From assembly GCA_039621445.1 (NCBI GenBank), contig CP154954.1, positions 3,725,715 through 3,789,714 on the forward strand: a DNA stretch of 64,000 bases. The letters are read 5' to 3'. This stretch comes from Euglena gracilis (taxonomy: Eukaryota). Shown here piece by piece: positions 1-12,079 of the stretch. Under the pieces are notes generated by a model. That model searched no databases. It saw nothing but the letters and a program-made list of their open reading frames with translations, and had not been told where the DNA came from. Numbering within the stretch: the stretch's first letter is position 1; the number at the start of each line of letters is the position of its first letter. The position numbers and the translations under genes are program-made.

Positions 1-79
1 TCTGGGAGGGGGGTCATTTGGGGGGGGGGGGGTGATGGTAATCGGTTTGTTCTCGTTTTGACGGTTTATTGATCATCCC

Positions 80-495
80 TGAAGGGATTTTGTTATTTTG
101 GGGCCCTCGGACAGCTGAGCAACAAAGGGGATTTGACCCCCAAAAAGGGTTGGCAATACAAGGGATTTTGTACCCTCGCACAGTTGGGCAATAAAATGGA
201 TTTGCCCCCCAAAAAGGGTTGGCAACACAAGGGATTTTGTTATTTTCGGGCTGAGCAACAAAGGGGATTTTCCCGAAACGGGTGGGCAACACACGGGATT
301 TTGCTATTTTGGGGCCCTCGGATAGTTGAGTAACAAAGGGGGTTTACCCCCAAAACGACTTGGAAACACAAGGGATTTTGTTGTTTTGGGGCCCTCAAAC
401 AGTTAAGCAAAAAAAATGGATTAGCCCCAAAACGGCTTGGAAACACAAGGGATTTTGTTATTTTGGGGCCCTCGGACAGTTGAGCAACAAAGGGG
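80..495. repeat. Degenerate tandem repeat (~70-90 bp unit)
   Basis: Recurring AAGGGATTTTGTTATTTTGGGGCCCTCGGACAG.TGAGCAACAAAGGGG. Confidence 0.75.
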
Positions 496-1365
496 TGTAT
501 CAATACAGATAGAAAACAATTTTTTTTCATTTTTGGGGCCCGCAGACACTGGCGGTTACAGAGTGGGGGTCGACCGAGGGCTTGCAACGGTGGGAGGGGT
601 CCGGTTGTGGGGTGGGGGTCGACCATGGTCGCCCTCGGTCGACCCCCACAACCTTCTCGGTCGACCCCCCCACGACCGAGGGCGACCGAGGGCGACCGAG
701 GCGACTGGGACGACTGTGGGCCGACCATGGTCGACCCCCACTTCCCCCCTAGGCCAAAACTAGGAGCCTACAGGAGTGCGCCAAACATCGCGTGCAACTA
801 ACATCGTGGGGATTTAAACCAAAGTGTCTTAATCCGCGGGCTCGTCCCGTCCGAGGGATTAATTCCGCGCGGTGGGCTGGCCTTAGTTTTTTTCAAATCT
901 CCCGGCGGGATATTGCCAAAGAACCAGCATTCTCGGGGAAAACCATGACCAGGGACGGAGGGACCTCACTTTCACAGCACACAAAGGCAAGATGGGAACC
1001 CTACACGACCCCTTCTTTGTCTTGAGTTAGTGGCCTCTGCCGAACGCGACAGGTTGAAAAAGGGGGGGGGTTTCTTTCAAGCCATCGGACCAGTCCTGCT
1101 TGGTTTAGCTTGTGGGTGATAACATTTTTGTCCAAACCGAACTAAGTAGTTGGTCCATGAAAACCAAGGCGACAATCATTACCAAGGAGGTGTTCCCCCC
1201 ATGTCCCCCCCCCGCGTCCCCCCCAGCGTCCCCCCCCACGTCCCCCCCGCATCCTGGATTTTGGCCGGGCCCGTTTTTTTTTGGTCGACCAAAGGAAAAT
1301 TACATACAAATTTAGGTGATGCCAAAGAAAACGTGTGGGGGTGGTTGGGCCACGGTGCCCCCCCG

Positions 1366-1403
<38 letters not shown>

Positions 1404-3143
1404 CGTCCCGAACCCCCCCCCAAAAAAAGGGTTGATAGCAAAGCGCACAAATGCGAATGGCGTCCTGAATGTGCGGTTCACCAGAAATGTCCACACATAT
1501 GACGCGCAAATGGCAACATCGTCTGCATCCTTTCGGTTCTGTTTGAACACGAAACAACCAAACTCGAAAGAAGTGTTGATGGGGGTTTTAAGGAAAATTT
1601 TGGGCCGAAAAAATTTCCGAGCGCTTGGCGCTGAAAATTCAGGTACCCACCTGGCCAAGACTGGGCATTCAATTCGCTCGTGAAAATTTTCCATCGTGAA
1701 ATTTATGGCCGGCAGTTGAAAATTTCACGCATTTTTTCAAAAATTTCACTCGTCCTTAGTATGGAAGACGTATTTCCTTCGTTGTCCCTATTGCACGGAA
1801 CAAAGAGATTTGTGTTCCTCCCGTGCCTGCGACGAGGTTTTCACTTACTTTAACGTGTTTCGGACATACATCTCTCAAGGTTTTGCGGCTGCAGCCAGCC
1901 CCGATTTGGGCCCAGCCAAGCCGCAGCAGCACCCCCCCCCCCCCCCGTTTGAAATCCCAGTTTCTTCCGAAAAGCTTTTTCACCGAAAAACCCTGCACCT
2001 TGCACGGGGGGGGTAACCCACCGCTCACCACGGCACTAAAAATTGGCATCGGGAATACGGAAAGCCTTGGTGGGGGGGTTGGACCCCCCAGGTTGAGGGG
2101 ATTCCCGTACAGACTTCCTGACACTTAGGGGGGGGTGCCAGTTTTCAGAACACACTCCGAGAAGAAAACCCTTTTGACAAAATTTTCAGGAAGACAAAGG
2201 CAGGAAACACAAGCAAAACCAAAACCAATGAAGAAAGTGCGCAATTAACAACAACAGAGTCCTGTGTTTTTTCTGCAAAACACCACAGGACCCTGACAAA
2301 CAGCTGCCAATACCTTCACATCTTCTTCTTCTTTTGTAACTTCTTTGACTAAAATTCACATTCAACACGTGGAACCTGTGAGTGGAAGAATCATGAAACA
2401 CAACACGCATGACGGACAAATCGGACGGAAAAAAAGAACATTGGCAAATCTGGCAAAATTCCAGAATGAAGCCACATGTCCTAAAATTAAAAGCAGACAA
2501 TGCCAGGTGAAAACACACCCAAAACACAGGTCAAAGACAGAGCTGCAGCAAGCGTTCTCTGTGAAATGGAAGCAAAAGTTCCTTCATGTAAAACACCACC
2601 AGAAAACCAGATGGACCGTCAGAAAATGATAGAAAAACAGAACGCACAGTAGAAGACCTGCCACACAAGAGGGTGGCACTCAAAATTGTCACCCAGCGGA
2701 GCGTATTTTGGAAAAAATGGCAAATTTTTGAAAGTGGTCAAGATGCACCAGAAAAGACCAGGAGAACAATTCTTCAAAAGTCACCTTCAGGGGGGCATAC
2801 CTGCTTCGTTCAGTAAATACTGCATCAATATATTCCTTATCCTTCAAATAGTTGGATTCTGAGTTCCAGACAAAGAAAAACAACGAATTTCAAGGGGGAG
2901 AACACACCAGTTTGCTCCCAATTAGGAAGTCCTTCGGTCCGCGATCGCAGCGAATGTTTAAAACGCCTTTCTGGGTGTTGGCCACCATCATCAAGGCCGG
3001 AAATTTCGGAAGCAGTCGGGAGGGAGAAAGGAAGTAGGATTCTCCCATTTTTTCAATGAAAATATTGAAATTTTTGAAAATTTTGAAATTTTCTGAAAAA
3101 ATAAAAAAACGTGAAATTTGCCCAGTCTTGCACCTGGCCCAAC

Positions 3144-3721
3144 CATACTTGCAGTTAGTGCGACCGGAAAAAATGCTTCCGTGCGCCGCGACCACCGCGG
3201 AAAAATTTTTTTTGTAACCGGCAGCGCCGCGGCAAATTTTTTTCTGTGCGCCGCGAATGCCGCGGCGCTGGTTTATGCGTGTGCCGCGACCGCCGCGGAA
3301 AGTTTTGAAGGTTGTGCCGCGACCGCCGCGGCAATTGTCTTTTTAAATTGTGTCCCACATATACTTCCTTTCTGCCCCTTCCCTTGCCTGGCCTCTTTGA
3401 TACTTTCTCGACCATGGCCGAGAAGGGTATTTGGCGGCAGGGAGTGAACTCTTGTGCAAGTGTTCTTGTCAGTTTTCACAGATTAGCTTTCACCATGTCA
3501 AGTGACCTCCACATCAATGTTCTTTACCTCCGGGCAGAAAAATTTTTTTTTGCCGCAACCACCGCGGAAAAATTTTCCCCTTGCGCCGCGACCACCGCGG
3601 CAATAAATTTTGCTTGTGCCGCGACAGCCGCGGCAAAAATCTTTCTGTGCGCCGCGACCACCGCGGAAAAATTTTTTTTGCGCCGCGGCAGGAGCGCCGC
3701 GGCGCACTAACTACAAGTATG
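3144..3721. mobile_element. hAT-like non-autonomous element with GCCGCGACC(A/G)CCGCGG subterminal repeats
   Basis: TIR CATACTTGCAGTTAGTGCG / CGCACTAACTACAAGTATG (18/19). TSD ggcccaac at 3136-3143 and 3722-3729. Confidence 0.88.
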
Positions 3722-4600
3722 GGCCCAACCCCCCCCCCCTCGGGGGAGGGGCTCTCCCCCTCACGGCCCGAAACTTTTCAAAAATCTCTGGCCCAACCCC
3801 TCCGGGGGTGGGGGTTCCCACCCACACTCGGGAGGTTAGGCAGGGGTGGGGGGGGGGGTTGGGGGCTTCGCCCCTAAAGGAATTTCAATGGAGAAACTTC
3901 ACCGGTGAATTTCACCAGTGAAGTTCACCGCCATGTATTTCCAATGAAGAGGGGGGGGGTGGGGGGGGGGTCCCGCCCGAAAAACCCAAAGTTCACCGCC
4001 TGATCTCCTCGGCCCCCAGTTGGCGAAGAACACAGTGAATGGGAAAAAACATGCTCCCTTTTTTTGGTGGGGGGAAGAAACTGAAACCACACAAAAAATG
4101 CAGACTGCCAGGGAAGAGTGCGAGTTAGACGATGCGGATGCTGTTGTGCAAAGTCGCTTGGCCCTCGCCAGGCCCTAGGAACAGGGGCAAGATGCCACCT
4201 ATTTTACCGAAGGACCCTGAGGGGTTGGTTGCTGGTTGGAGCAAAAATTGGTGGGTCCCCCCCAGGACTTTGCGAACCTTGGCTGGCAGCTGCACTGGTA
4301 AATTGGAAAACCCCGAAAACCACCCAATAAAAAGGCCAATTCGGCCTCGTTTTACCGCCATGCTGTGGCTGGAACTCCCCGGGGACAGACGGGAAACAGG
4401 TTGGGGGGACCCAAAACAGGAAAACACCCCTGAACGACTATCCAGAAGGACTCGACGAGCAGCTATAAGAGCCTCCTGCAGGGCTCTCCACAGCCTCATC
4501 TTCCTTCTCCTGGTTGGTGGCGTTGGACTCAGACCCGGAGCCCGACGTGCTGCTGTCGTCCGCCATGTCTTTATCTTCCTCAGAACGGGATCAACCAATG

Positions 4601-5036
4601 GAGGCTAGGCACAGGGGGGGGGGGGGGGGTGCGGAGGGGGGGGGGCGAGCGGCCGCGCGGGCGGCCGCGCGGGGGGGGGGGGGGGTCCGAGGGCAGCCAC
4701 GCGGGCGGAACGCATCCTAAAATCGGTTTTTTTTGGGTCCAAAAAGTGGTCATTTTTTACCATTTTTGGGCCATTTTTGACCAAAAAAAGTGCTTTTTTT
4801 GGCCGCGCGCAGAGCGCGCGGCCCCCAAATTTGCCATTTTGTGTCAGAAAACGGTCATTTTTGGTCATTTTTGGGCCTCAAAAAATCGTGATTTTATCAC
4901 CCAAAAAAATTTTCTTGGCTATGCTAGGCACAGTGGGGGGAGGGCCAGGGGGGGCGAGCGGCCGCGCGGGCAGCCGCGCAGGGGCCGCGCGCGGGGGGGG
5001 GGGTCCCGGACCCCCCCGAGCGGCGCGCCTAGCCTC
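4601..5036. mobile_element. Small TIR element GAGGCTAGGC...GCCTAGCCTC
   Basis: 10-bp TIR flanked by direct caatg. An alternative reading is an 11-bp TIR with an aat TSD. Confidence 0.7.
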
Positions 5037-6124
5037 CAATGGACAGATGCCGGAGTCCTGCATCAGTGCGTCCACGTCCTCGGCTAACGGACTCCCGGCA
5101 GGTTGTTCAACCCCGTTGGCACGGTCGATGGCAATATCCGCGTCAATAGTCCACACCGGTGCCGTTTTCAGGGCGAGTCCACACGGAGGCCGGGGGGGGG
5201 GGGAATTGGGCAAAAACTGTTCAAAAATGTAAAATATTTTTGGAACAACTTCGGGGCTGACGACAGGCTTTTGTACTGTCCACTGTGAGATACTTTGCAG
5301 TCTGGGGGGTTGGGGGAGGGGGAAAAAACAAAACTGAAACACGCACACCCGTTTTGCGCAGGTCGCTGCGGCTTCTTGTTGCTAGGAATATCGATAGCCA
5401 CGTTGAGACTGCAAGGGCGTAGTGAGCTCATAACCAACAGGCACACCTCGTCAAAAAGAAAGTTGCTTGGCGTGCGACGATGAAGACCAGAAAACTTCAT
5501 AGCTGGCACTTCGTTTAAAACGAAGTCAAAAAAAACAACGTTTTTTTAAAAAAAACATTTTTTTTTAAAAAAAACAAAAAAAACGCCATTGAGGGTCCAC
5601 GGCAAAAAAATTTTTGTCTTTAATTTTAGCTTTTTTTGCCCACCCTCGGTCAGAGAAAGACACCAAATTTGGGATGTTTCAAGTTGAAGCATCCCAAAAT
5701 GGCAGAAAAATGCCCTATTTTGACCATTCTTGTTGAAGACAACCAAAAGTAGTGGTTTTCAAGTCATTTGAGCTAAGATTGGTTCACCCTTGCGATCAAA
5801 GGCAAAATTTGGAACTATCGTTTTCCCCTTTGTTTTTTTTGCCGTTTTTTTTGCCCGTTTTTTTTTAATAAAAAACAAAAAAAAACGTTTTTTTTAAAAA
5901 AAACAAAAAAAAACGCCAGCTATGGAAAACTTGGATATTCCCAAAAGCACCAACACCAATGTATCTGTAGAAAAAAGAGCACAAGGAAACACCAACGGTA
6001 CAAAATTTGCGGGGGGATTATTACGCGGGGTTTTATTTAGCGGCCCTGCCGTGTCCAAGGGGTTTAATTGATTTAATAAAACCCCTCGGAAAAAGGGAAC
6101 GCGAGTTTTAGTGTTCCACGGAAT

Positions 6125-6190
6125 TTGGCGCATATCTGTTATGTTGCAGGCCAAAGGTGTGTTCATGGTTCTTCCTCGGCTGCCCGCATA
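6125..6190 (-). pseudogene. Possible PIF/Harbinger-type transposase relic
   Basis: Translates QPRKNHEHTFGLQHNRYA, matching R-x3-E-x2-FG-x4-R(F/Y). Confidence 0.3.
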
Positions 6191-7800
6191 GTGGGCCGGG
6201 CTGTTTTTTTTTTTGACGTTGTTTTTTTTAATTCTAACAATTTTTTTTTTTAAAAACCAACATTATTACAACAAACATGAAACAAAAAAACTCATTTTTT
6301 TATTTTTAAAAATGTCCATTATTGCTGCCCGTGGTGTCCCCCAAAATATGGCAGTGCTGGCTGGGGGGGGCGGGGGCGGGGCAATGTTTCAAGCCAAACT
6401 GTGGCAGTGGTGTGTGGTTGGGCTGCCTCTGTCACCAAAATGTGGCAGTGCTGGCTGGGTGGGAAGGCCCATCCTTGACGCGGTCCAAAAGCTTAAATTA
6501 CGCGAAATTTGCAATGCTAGACTTTTCGGCTTTCCATTGCGTGCATGTCCCATTAAAATCTATTCAAAATCCAGTCAAATAGGGGTGGGAATGTCCGCAA
6601 ATTCCTTCTTTGGAGTGGATTGTGTGAACTCCTTTGAGCTTGCTATTACCTGGTCTCCAGGGGCCCGGGGGGGGGGGTCCCCAAACAGCCCAAAACTGTT
6701 TTTTTGGCATATTTTAGGTGGCTAACTTGGTTACCAACCCCCCCCTTTATTTGGCCGCCCTCCGGGCGGCACGGACCCCCCTTCTGGCCAATTAGGGGGG
6801 GGGACAATTAGGGGGGGTTACCCCTAACCCCCCCCCCCCCTAAGTGGCCACCTGGACCTAGCAAAGGCCGTAATCTTTCACTTAAGTAATTTTCATGAAA
6901 TTTCACGGCTTTTGTAATTAATTTCGTGGACCATGAAAAGTTCGTTTTTCATTCACTATTAATATTGCCGTCCGGCGAAAAGCGACCTGCTTCAACCCCC
7001 GTTATATGGTAGCCCAAACGAGGTGGTTCCGAAAAAATGTACTACTACTGTGCAGACTGCTGATGCCCACAGAGGAAATACGTCCCTTATAAAACGCGTT
7101 GTGTTAAGCGAACTTGCTGTTTGCCCCACCGAGTTTTGTGTTGTGTCCCAAAAAAAAGGACCCAGAAAACGTTTGGAATCCCATGATGCCAAAAAAAAAT
7201 GCCTCACTTTCTGAGTTTTGGGCTGGCGAACACAATCGAAAGGACGGAAAAAACCTGGAATTGCTGTGCTTGGTAGTTGGTGGTCATGCCACCGGTGGTC
7301 ATGCCACTGGCACAAAAGAAGGGAAAGGGGGGGGCCGAAGGCCGCCTCACAGGCGCAGCCGTGGCCCGTTGTAGGCAACAGGGTTTTTTTTTAAGTAATG
7401 CTCCTTTCCCTCTTTCTCCTTCTCCCCTACCCCCCCACCCTCCCCCACACCCACCACACACCACCCTCCTTACCCAAACATTCTCCGTCCCCCCCCTCCC
7501 CGGCACCGACGTTTTTATAAGGAGGGGTGGGGGGGGGGGTGGAGTGGGAAGGACTTTTGCCCGAAAATGGCCATGAAGTATACAAAAATAGCCCTTTTTC
7601 ACACCCTTTTGGAGCCAGAAAAAGGAAACCCACCCTCCAGCCGCACTCCCCCCCCCCCCCAGGGGTGCGTGGTCCAACACTAAAAAAAACCCTGCCTTGC
7701 CACAAACACCTCGCGGAACAACCTGTCCACGGCATAGAGTCGCATCAGGGGAATTTGTGCCTGGGGGGGGGGGAGGAGCTCGTCGACAAATAATTCTGAC

Positions 7801-8205
7801 TACCATGCCCCCCCCCTTACTGTTCCCGTCCCGTGGCCCCCTTTTGGGTCCATGGGAACAGTAAGGGAGGGGGGAACAGTAAGGGGGGGGGACAAGCTCC
7901 CCCCCCTTACTGTTCCCATGGGCCATCAACCAACCAACCAAATTAGACCCAAAAGGCGACCTAAAATGCCAAAATGAAGCTTTTTTGGTTTACATGCTTG
8001 AAAATTGCACCTCCACAACATCCATTTTGGCGTTAGGTTGGATTTTGGTGGGATGGAAAGCACCTAAAACCGACCAAAAAAATCCCCTTTTTACCTTGTG
8101 TTCCAAGAATCCTTTACAAAAAGTGCTATGACACTGTACTGTTCCCGTCCCCCCAATGGGAACAGTAAGGGGGGGGGAACAGTAAAGGGGGGGGGGGGCA
8201 TGGTA
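7801..8205. mobile_element. Tc1/mariner-like MITE (TA|CCATGCCCCCCC)
   Basis: TACCATGCCCCCCC...GGGGGGGCATGGTA, with internal inverted TTACTGTTCCC/GGGAACAGTAA motifs. Confidence 0.7.
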
Positions 8206-8679
8206 ATACAAAACACACTGGTGGGCTTCTTTTTAAGACCCCCGGCCCCCCCCCCCCGAAAATCGGGCCCGTCAAAGGCAATTCTCAAAAATTTTCCGAG
8301 CCTCACCGAGGGCTCCGGACTTGAAAGAAGACTGCCACCGACTCACAAGAAAAAATACACAGGGCCGTACTAGGCACGTGACTCCATGGGCGAGGTTCAG
8401 CTTTGGGCGATTGTTCACGTGCCTCCCCAGCATGGACCAGACCCGCTCCACGGACGCGGTAGTGCAAGGCAGGCAGCTCACCAGCAACGCCAGGGGTTTT
8501 TTGGGGTGCCTTTGAACATAAAGTGAACAAACAGTAAATCCAATTTCATAAAAGAAACCCTAGGAGTGATGGATTTCCAGCAAAAAGTGAACAAATGATA
8601 AACAGAGCAGAATTAAAAAAACCCTGCCCCTGGCGAACTTGGCAAGGGGTTGGTCCATAAACATGGCCCACCAGCAATC

Positions 8680-8927
8680 GGGGTCATGCTTGTGCTTACA
8701 TACGGGGGGTATGGGAGGGAAGGGAAGGGGTTAAGGGGGTGTCTGACCGCCCCCCCTCCCGACACGGAGGGCTTTCATTTAAAATCGAACCATCAAATGC
8801 TCTTTTTATTACAATATTTTTGAAATCTTTTTTGGGCAATCTTTGAGGGAAAAACACCTTCCCATCAATCAAACCTGGGGGGGGGGCGATGCAGGTGGGT
8901 GTGCCCCGACTAAGCACAAGCCTGATT
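8680..8927 (-). other. Nonconventional intron = MITE (8685-8924), TSD 7/8
   Basis: ACCCCAAT / ACCCCGAT flank CAGGCTTGTGCTTA...TAAGCACAAGCATG (13/14 TIR). Removal gives HP|DCWW. Confidence 0.85.
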
Positions 8928-9044
8928 GGGGTGCTGCAGGTTGGACAGCAGCGGGACCCCCGCCGCGTAGACGTCCCTCAGCTCCAGGAAGTTCACGATG
9001 TCGGGTAATGTGGGAGGCTTTGTCCCAGCCGGCATGAGCGCGTT

Positions 9045-9178
9045 CCAGCCAGGGGTTTTTTTAAGACCGGGGGGGGAGGGGGGTTGTTGTGTGTTAATGT
9101 CCGAGTGACTAATGTGAGTCTGTTGCCACACTCCATGTATGAAGCGCCATGGGATCCAACTTAAAAAAATCCCTGGTT
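9045..9178 (-). other. Nonconventional intron = MITE (9050-9175) with perfect 8-bp TSD
   Basis: TSD gttccagc at 9042-9049 and 9176-9183. TIRs CAGGGGTTTTTTTAAG / CTTAAAAAAATCCCTG. Removing AAC+element+GCTGG gives in-frame ..ADGW|NALMP.. Confidence 0.9.
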
Positions 9179-9255
9179 CCAGCCGTCGGCCATGACGAAG
9201 GCGATGGTGTCCCTTTTTCGTTGCGTACCCAGCAGCTCGCCTCTGAAGCGGGGGT

Positions 9256-9353
9256 GCAGCCAGGCTGTTTTTTAACAAACCCGGGGGAGGGGGGGAGGGC
9301 ATTCCTGTGAAAATAGGTCATTTTGGGTCACAGGACTAAAACACAACCTGGGT
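9256..9353 (-). other. Nonconventional intron = MITE (9261-9350), TSD 7/8
   Basis: GCTGGACC / GCTGCACC flank CAGGTTGTGTTTTA...TTAAAAAACAGCCTG. Removal restores the conserved YLLDPRF motif. Confidence 0.85.
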
Positions 9354-9405
9354 CCAGCAGGTAGCTAGCTGGCTGCTGCCCACGGGCGGAAGAAGAGGGG
9401 GTCCC

Positions 9406-9518
9406 CCAGGCATACAATTTTTTCCAACCCCGGGGGGGGGGCACTCCACTTTTCTAAAAAACCAGTCAGTCACTTTTTTTTGGGAGGCCAGGGACAGTGC
9501 TTAAAAAAATGTCTGCCC
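9406..9518 (-). other. Nonconventional intron, MITE-derived, TSD 7/8
   Basis: CCTGCGGG / CCTGGGGG flank CAGACATTTTTTT...AAAAAATTGTATG. Removal gives in-frame DLRDPLFF. Confidence 0.75.
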
Positions 9519-10750
9519 GCAGGTCGGCAGCCGCGGCAACTTGCCGCGCCTGCCTTGCTTGTAGGTCACCTTGTAGCAGCTCCAAACTGCCGCGCAGCAC
9601 CCCCAGAGCCGCTTCTGGTTCTGAGTTAAAAAAAAAAACACCGTCGACCAGAAAAAACCCTGATTTGTATGTACTTGTGGATGGCGAACCCGGTATTCGT
9701 CTGCGGGGACTCCAGACTGTGGAGGAAGGCCGATACGTGGCCCAGGGTCTGCGCCATGCCCTGGAACTCCATCCAGACACCGGGAGCCCAAATCCAGCCC
9801 ATCTGACGGAAGTCGTCATTGGCCCAGGACTCTCTGCGTAACTTCAGCATCGTCAGCTCGATGGGCTCCCTGTTGGCGATCAGGGACCGAAGACACTCTG
9901 CTCTGGATGCCCATCTCGTTGACACCGGCTGATGGAGCATCGTGAACCGCTTCTGTCTGAGACAGACCCCTTTTTCTTGCAAATCTGATTTTTAAACGAA
10001 ATGCAGACATAGAGTTGTCCAACTCTGCGTTTTTCTTACGATGGGTTGCGTGAGTGACCAAAGACCAATTCTTGACAAATTTTTAAAACGAAATGCAGAC
10101 ACAGAATGACCGACTCTGGATCTCAAAAAAAAGCCTGCTCCGGCTGGCCGGGCGTTGTTCAGTTTGTCGACCTCCTCGCGATACGTTGCCTGCGCGTAGT
10201 GCGCATTTCTCAGCAAGGCCTCGATGCTCATCGCCTTGGACATCAGATCCGGCCAGACGCTGTCCCTTTGAGGCCCACGCTGGCCAAGGGACACACCAGA
10301 ACCAGGGCTGAACATCAGAGTGGGGGGACCCCACCTCACACACAGACCATTAACACTTTAATGAAACAGCGCCGGCCTGGTTCAGGTCCTTCATCAGCAA
10401 CTCCGCCGAGTGCGCCAGGCAGTTCTGCTTGATGAAAGCGAACAGGGTCCAGCTGCACGGTGGGGGGGGGTGGGAGTGGCCATGAACCGCAACCAAAATG
10501 CCTGGCCACTTTAGGAGGCGTGAAACCATGGACTGCACCCGATGGTTGAAATTACTTCAGACCCAAACTCCTCGAACACGGGAACAAATACCAAAATACA
10601 CGAACAAATTCCACAGACACCACCAGTGTGCCCCCATTTGTGCATTGTTCAGCCCTGGACGGCAGCCGGTCAGCACCCGCCTGAACGTTTGCCCCGTTGT
10701 CCGCCAGGACTGCCACGATTTTGGCACCTGTGCTGTTGGCAATCTCAGTT

Positions 10751-10819
10751 GCCGCCAGGAGTGCACAGGAGCCACGGCGCCTCAAACGCAATGCCGACGG
10801 TTTGACTGCACCCCTGATC
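10751..10819 (-). other. Nonconventional intron (69 nt, in frame, no TSD left)
   Basis: T|GATCAGGGGTGCA...TGCACTCCTGGCGGC|A matches the euglenid consensus. It is hidden inside ORF 10552..11049. Confidence 0.8.
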
Positions 10820-11631
10820 ATGGCGGCTTGGATCCAGGCATGTATGTTTTCTGCAGTCTGGCGCACGTCTTGCTGGTCCACCGTCCACAGCCACACGTTT
10901 TCCGGCTGCTCCAAGTCCAGCAGCGTCATCCCCAGGGTCTCCATGTGCATATGGTCGGACCAGCCGTCAATGCAAATGGCGATGGAACGCACCTTGGACA
11001 ACTTCTCCTGCAGCCTGCCACGGGTTTTGGTGTACAACGCATCGACCACATGCTACATTTCATAGGACGCAAACCACGTCGAACACATTTGCATTGGGCT
11101 GGGGTCCGTGGGAATCTGCACTGAAAATGAAATGATAAGCCTGGTTCAGCCGACGCTCCAATGTGTGGCGGGACGGTGAAACAAAATCCCCTCTGAGCGC
11201 CTTCACAAACTCCTTCCACTGCGGAGTGTCGGGACACATTTCCATTTGCCCGCAAGCTTTTGGGAAAAAGGGAAACGTGTGTGAGGTTGTTGAACGGAAT
11301 GCCGCTGCTCGCCTGCCACATTGACAGCAACTCCTCCGCCCGCACCTGCATGTGCGTGGGGAACCTTCGGTCCGCCACTCTGTCCAAGGTAAGCTGCTGC
11401 TGGTCAGCGTTTGCTTCACCTGAGCAGGCCGCAGGAAGCACCTGGGCTTGCGCGCCAAGCAACAGCTGGCGTTTGTGTCTCCTGTCGTAGTGCTCTTTGC
11501 ACCGCGTGGCGTTCGCTGCCACTGTCCAACCACAGTGTCTGCACTTCACTGTCTTCACCTTCCCGTCTACATCTGTACGAATTGGCTGGTACTGTTGCCA
11601 TAGTGTGGCGGACACGGGCACGGGCATCTCC

Positions 11632-11661
11632 CTGAAGAAAAATATCGAGAGGGGGAGGAAA
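11632..11661 (-). promoter_or_regulatory. Polypyrimidine tract + AG acceptor 4 nt upstream of the transposase ATG (probable spliced-leader trans-splice site)
   Basis: Minus strand reads tttcctccccctctcgatatttttcttcAG|ggagATG. Euglenozoa trans-splice a leader onto such acceptors. Confidence 0.6.
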
Positions 11662-11924
11662 GTAGGACTCGCGGTTGGTCGCGAGACAATGGAAACTTTT
11701 TACTTTTCAATTTTCTGAGATTTCATGAAAATATGGAAAAATGCAAGAAAACCGTGCAAATTTCACTTTACTGAAATTTCAGGCCTTTTGAAAAGTTTTG
11801 GCCATTGCTACCTGGACCCCGTCCTTTACAGTCGCGAACCCCCTAAAACACCCGAATAAAGACATTTTCCCTTAAAAACGTGTTCAGCCCGCCAAATGCC
11901 TGCCCTGAAATTCGTGGTCATGAG

Positions 11925-12079
11925 CACGTTTTCAATGAGGGCATTTGTGGCAATGACACGTTTTCAGTGAAGGCATCCGGGTTCAGGCACGTTTTCAATG
12001 AGGGCATTTGTGTCAATGACACGTTTTCAGTGAAGGCATCCGGGTTCAGGCACGTTTTCAGTGAGGGCATCTGTGGCAA
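11925..12079. repeat. 63-bp tandem repeat, ~2.4 copies
   Basis: Units start with CACGTTTTCA at 11925, 11988 and 12051. Confidence 0.85.

Larger units (their letters stand above)
8272..11627 (-). pseudogene. hAT-superfamily transposase (BED finger + DDE + dimerisation domain), 13 exons, ~600 aa, disrupted by a 4-bp duplication
   Basis: Hand-spliced exons: 11627-11283, 11230-11141, 11049-10820, 10750-10661, 10437-10383, 10264-10141, 9957-9666, 9598-9519, 9405-9354, 9255-9179, 9044-8928, 8679-8630, 8485-~8272. Exon phases add up once the 4-bp duplication is removed. Motifs in order: BED (LWQQY..VKCRHC..ANATRCKEHYDRRH), IPFN, PSRHTL, ICIDGWSD, LADNGAN, NCLAHSAELLMKDL, TRW, SYLLDPRF, WW, TASVERVWS. 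AGCT is duplicated at 9363-9370, giving TAG and a frameshift. The C-terminal end and the intron 2, 5 and 6 borders are approximate. Confidence 0.9.

Noticed and set aside
4430-5180. GC-rich coding-like segments flanking the 4601-5036 insertion
   Set aside because: No consistent frame or recognisable product after excision.
6855-11814. Outer TIRs of the hAT transposase element (CAGGTAGCAATGGCC at ~11814 vs TAGCAAAGGCC at ~6860)
   Set aside because: Only a partial match and no TSD, so the element boundaries cannot be supported.
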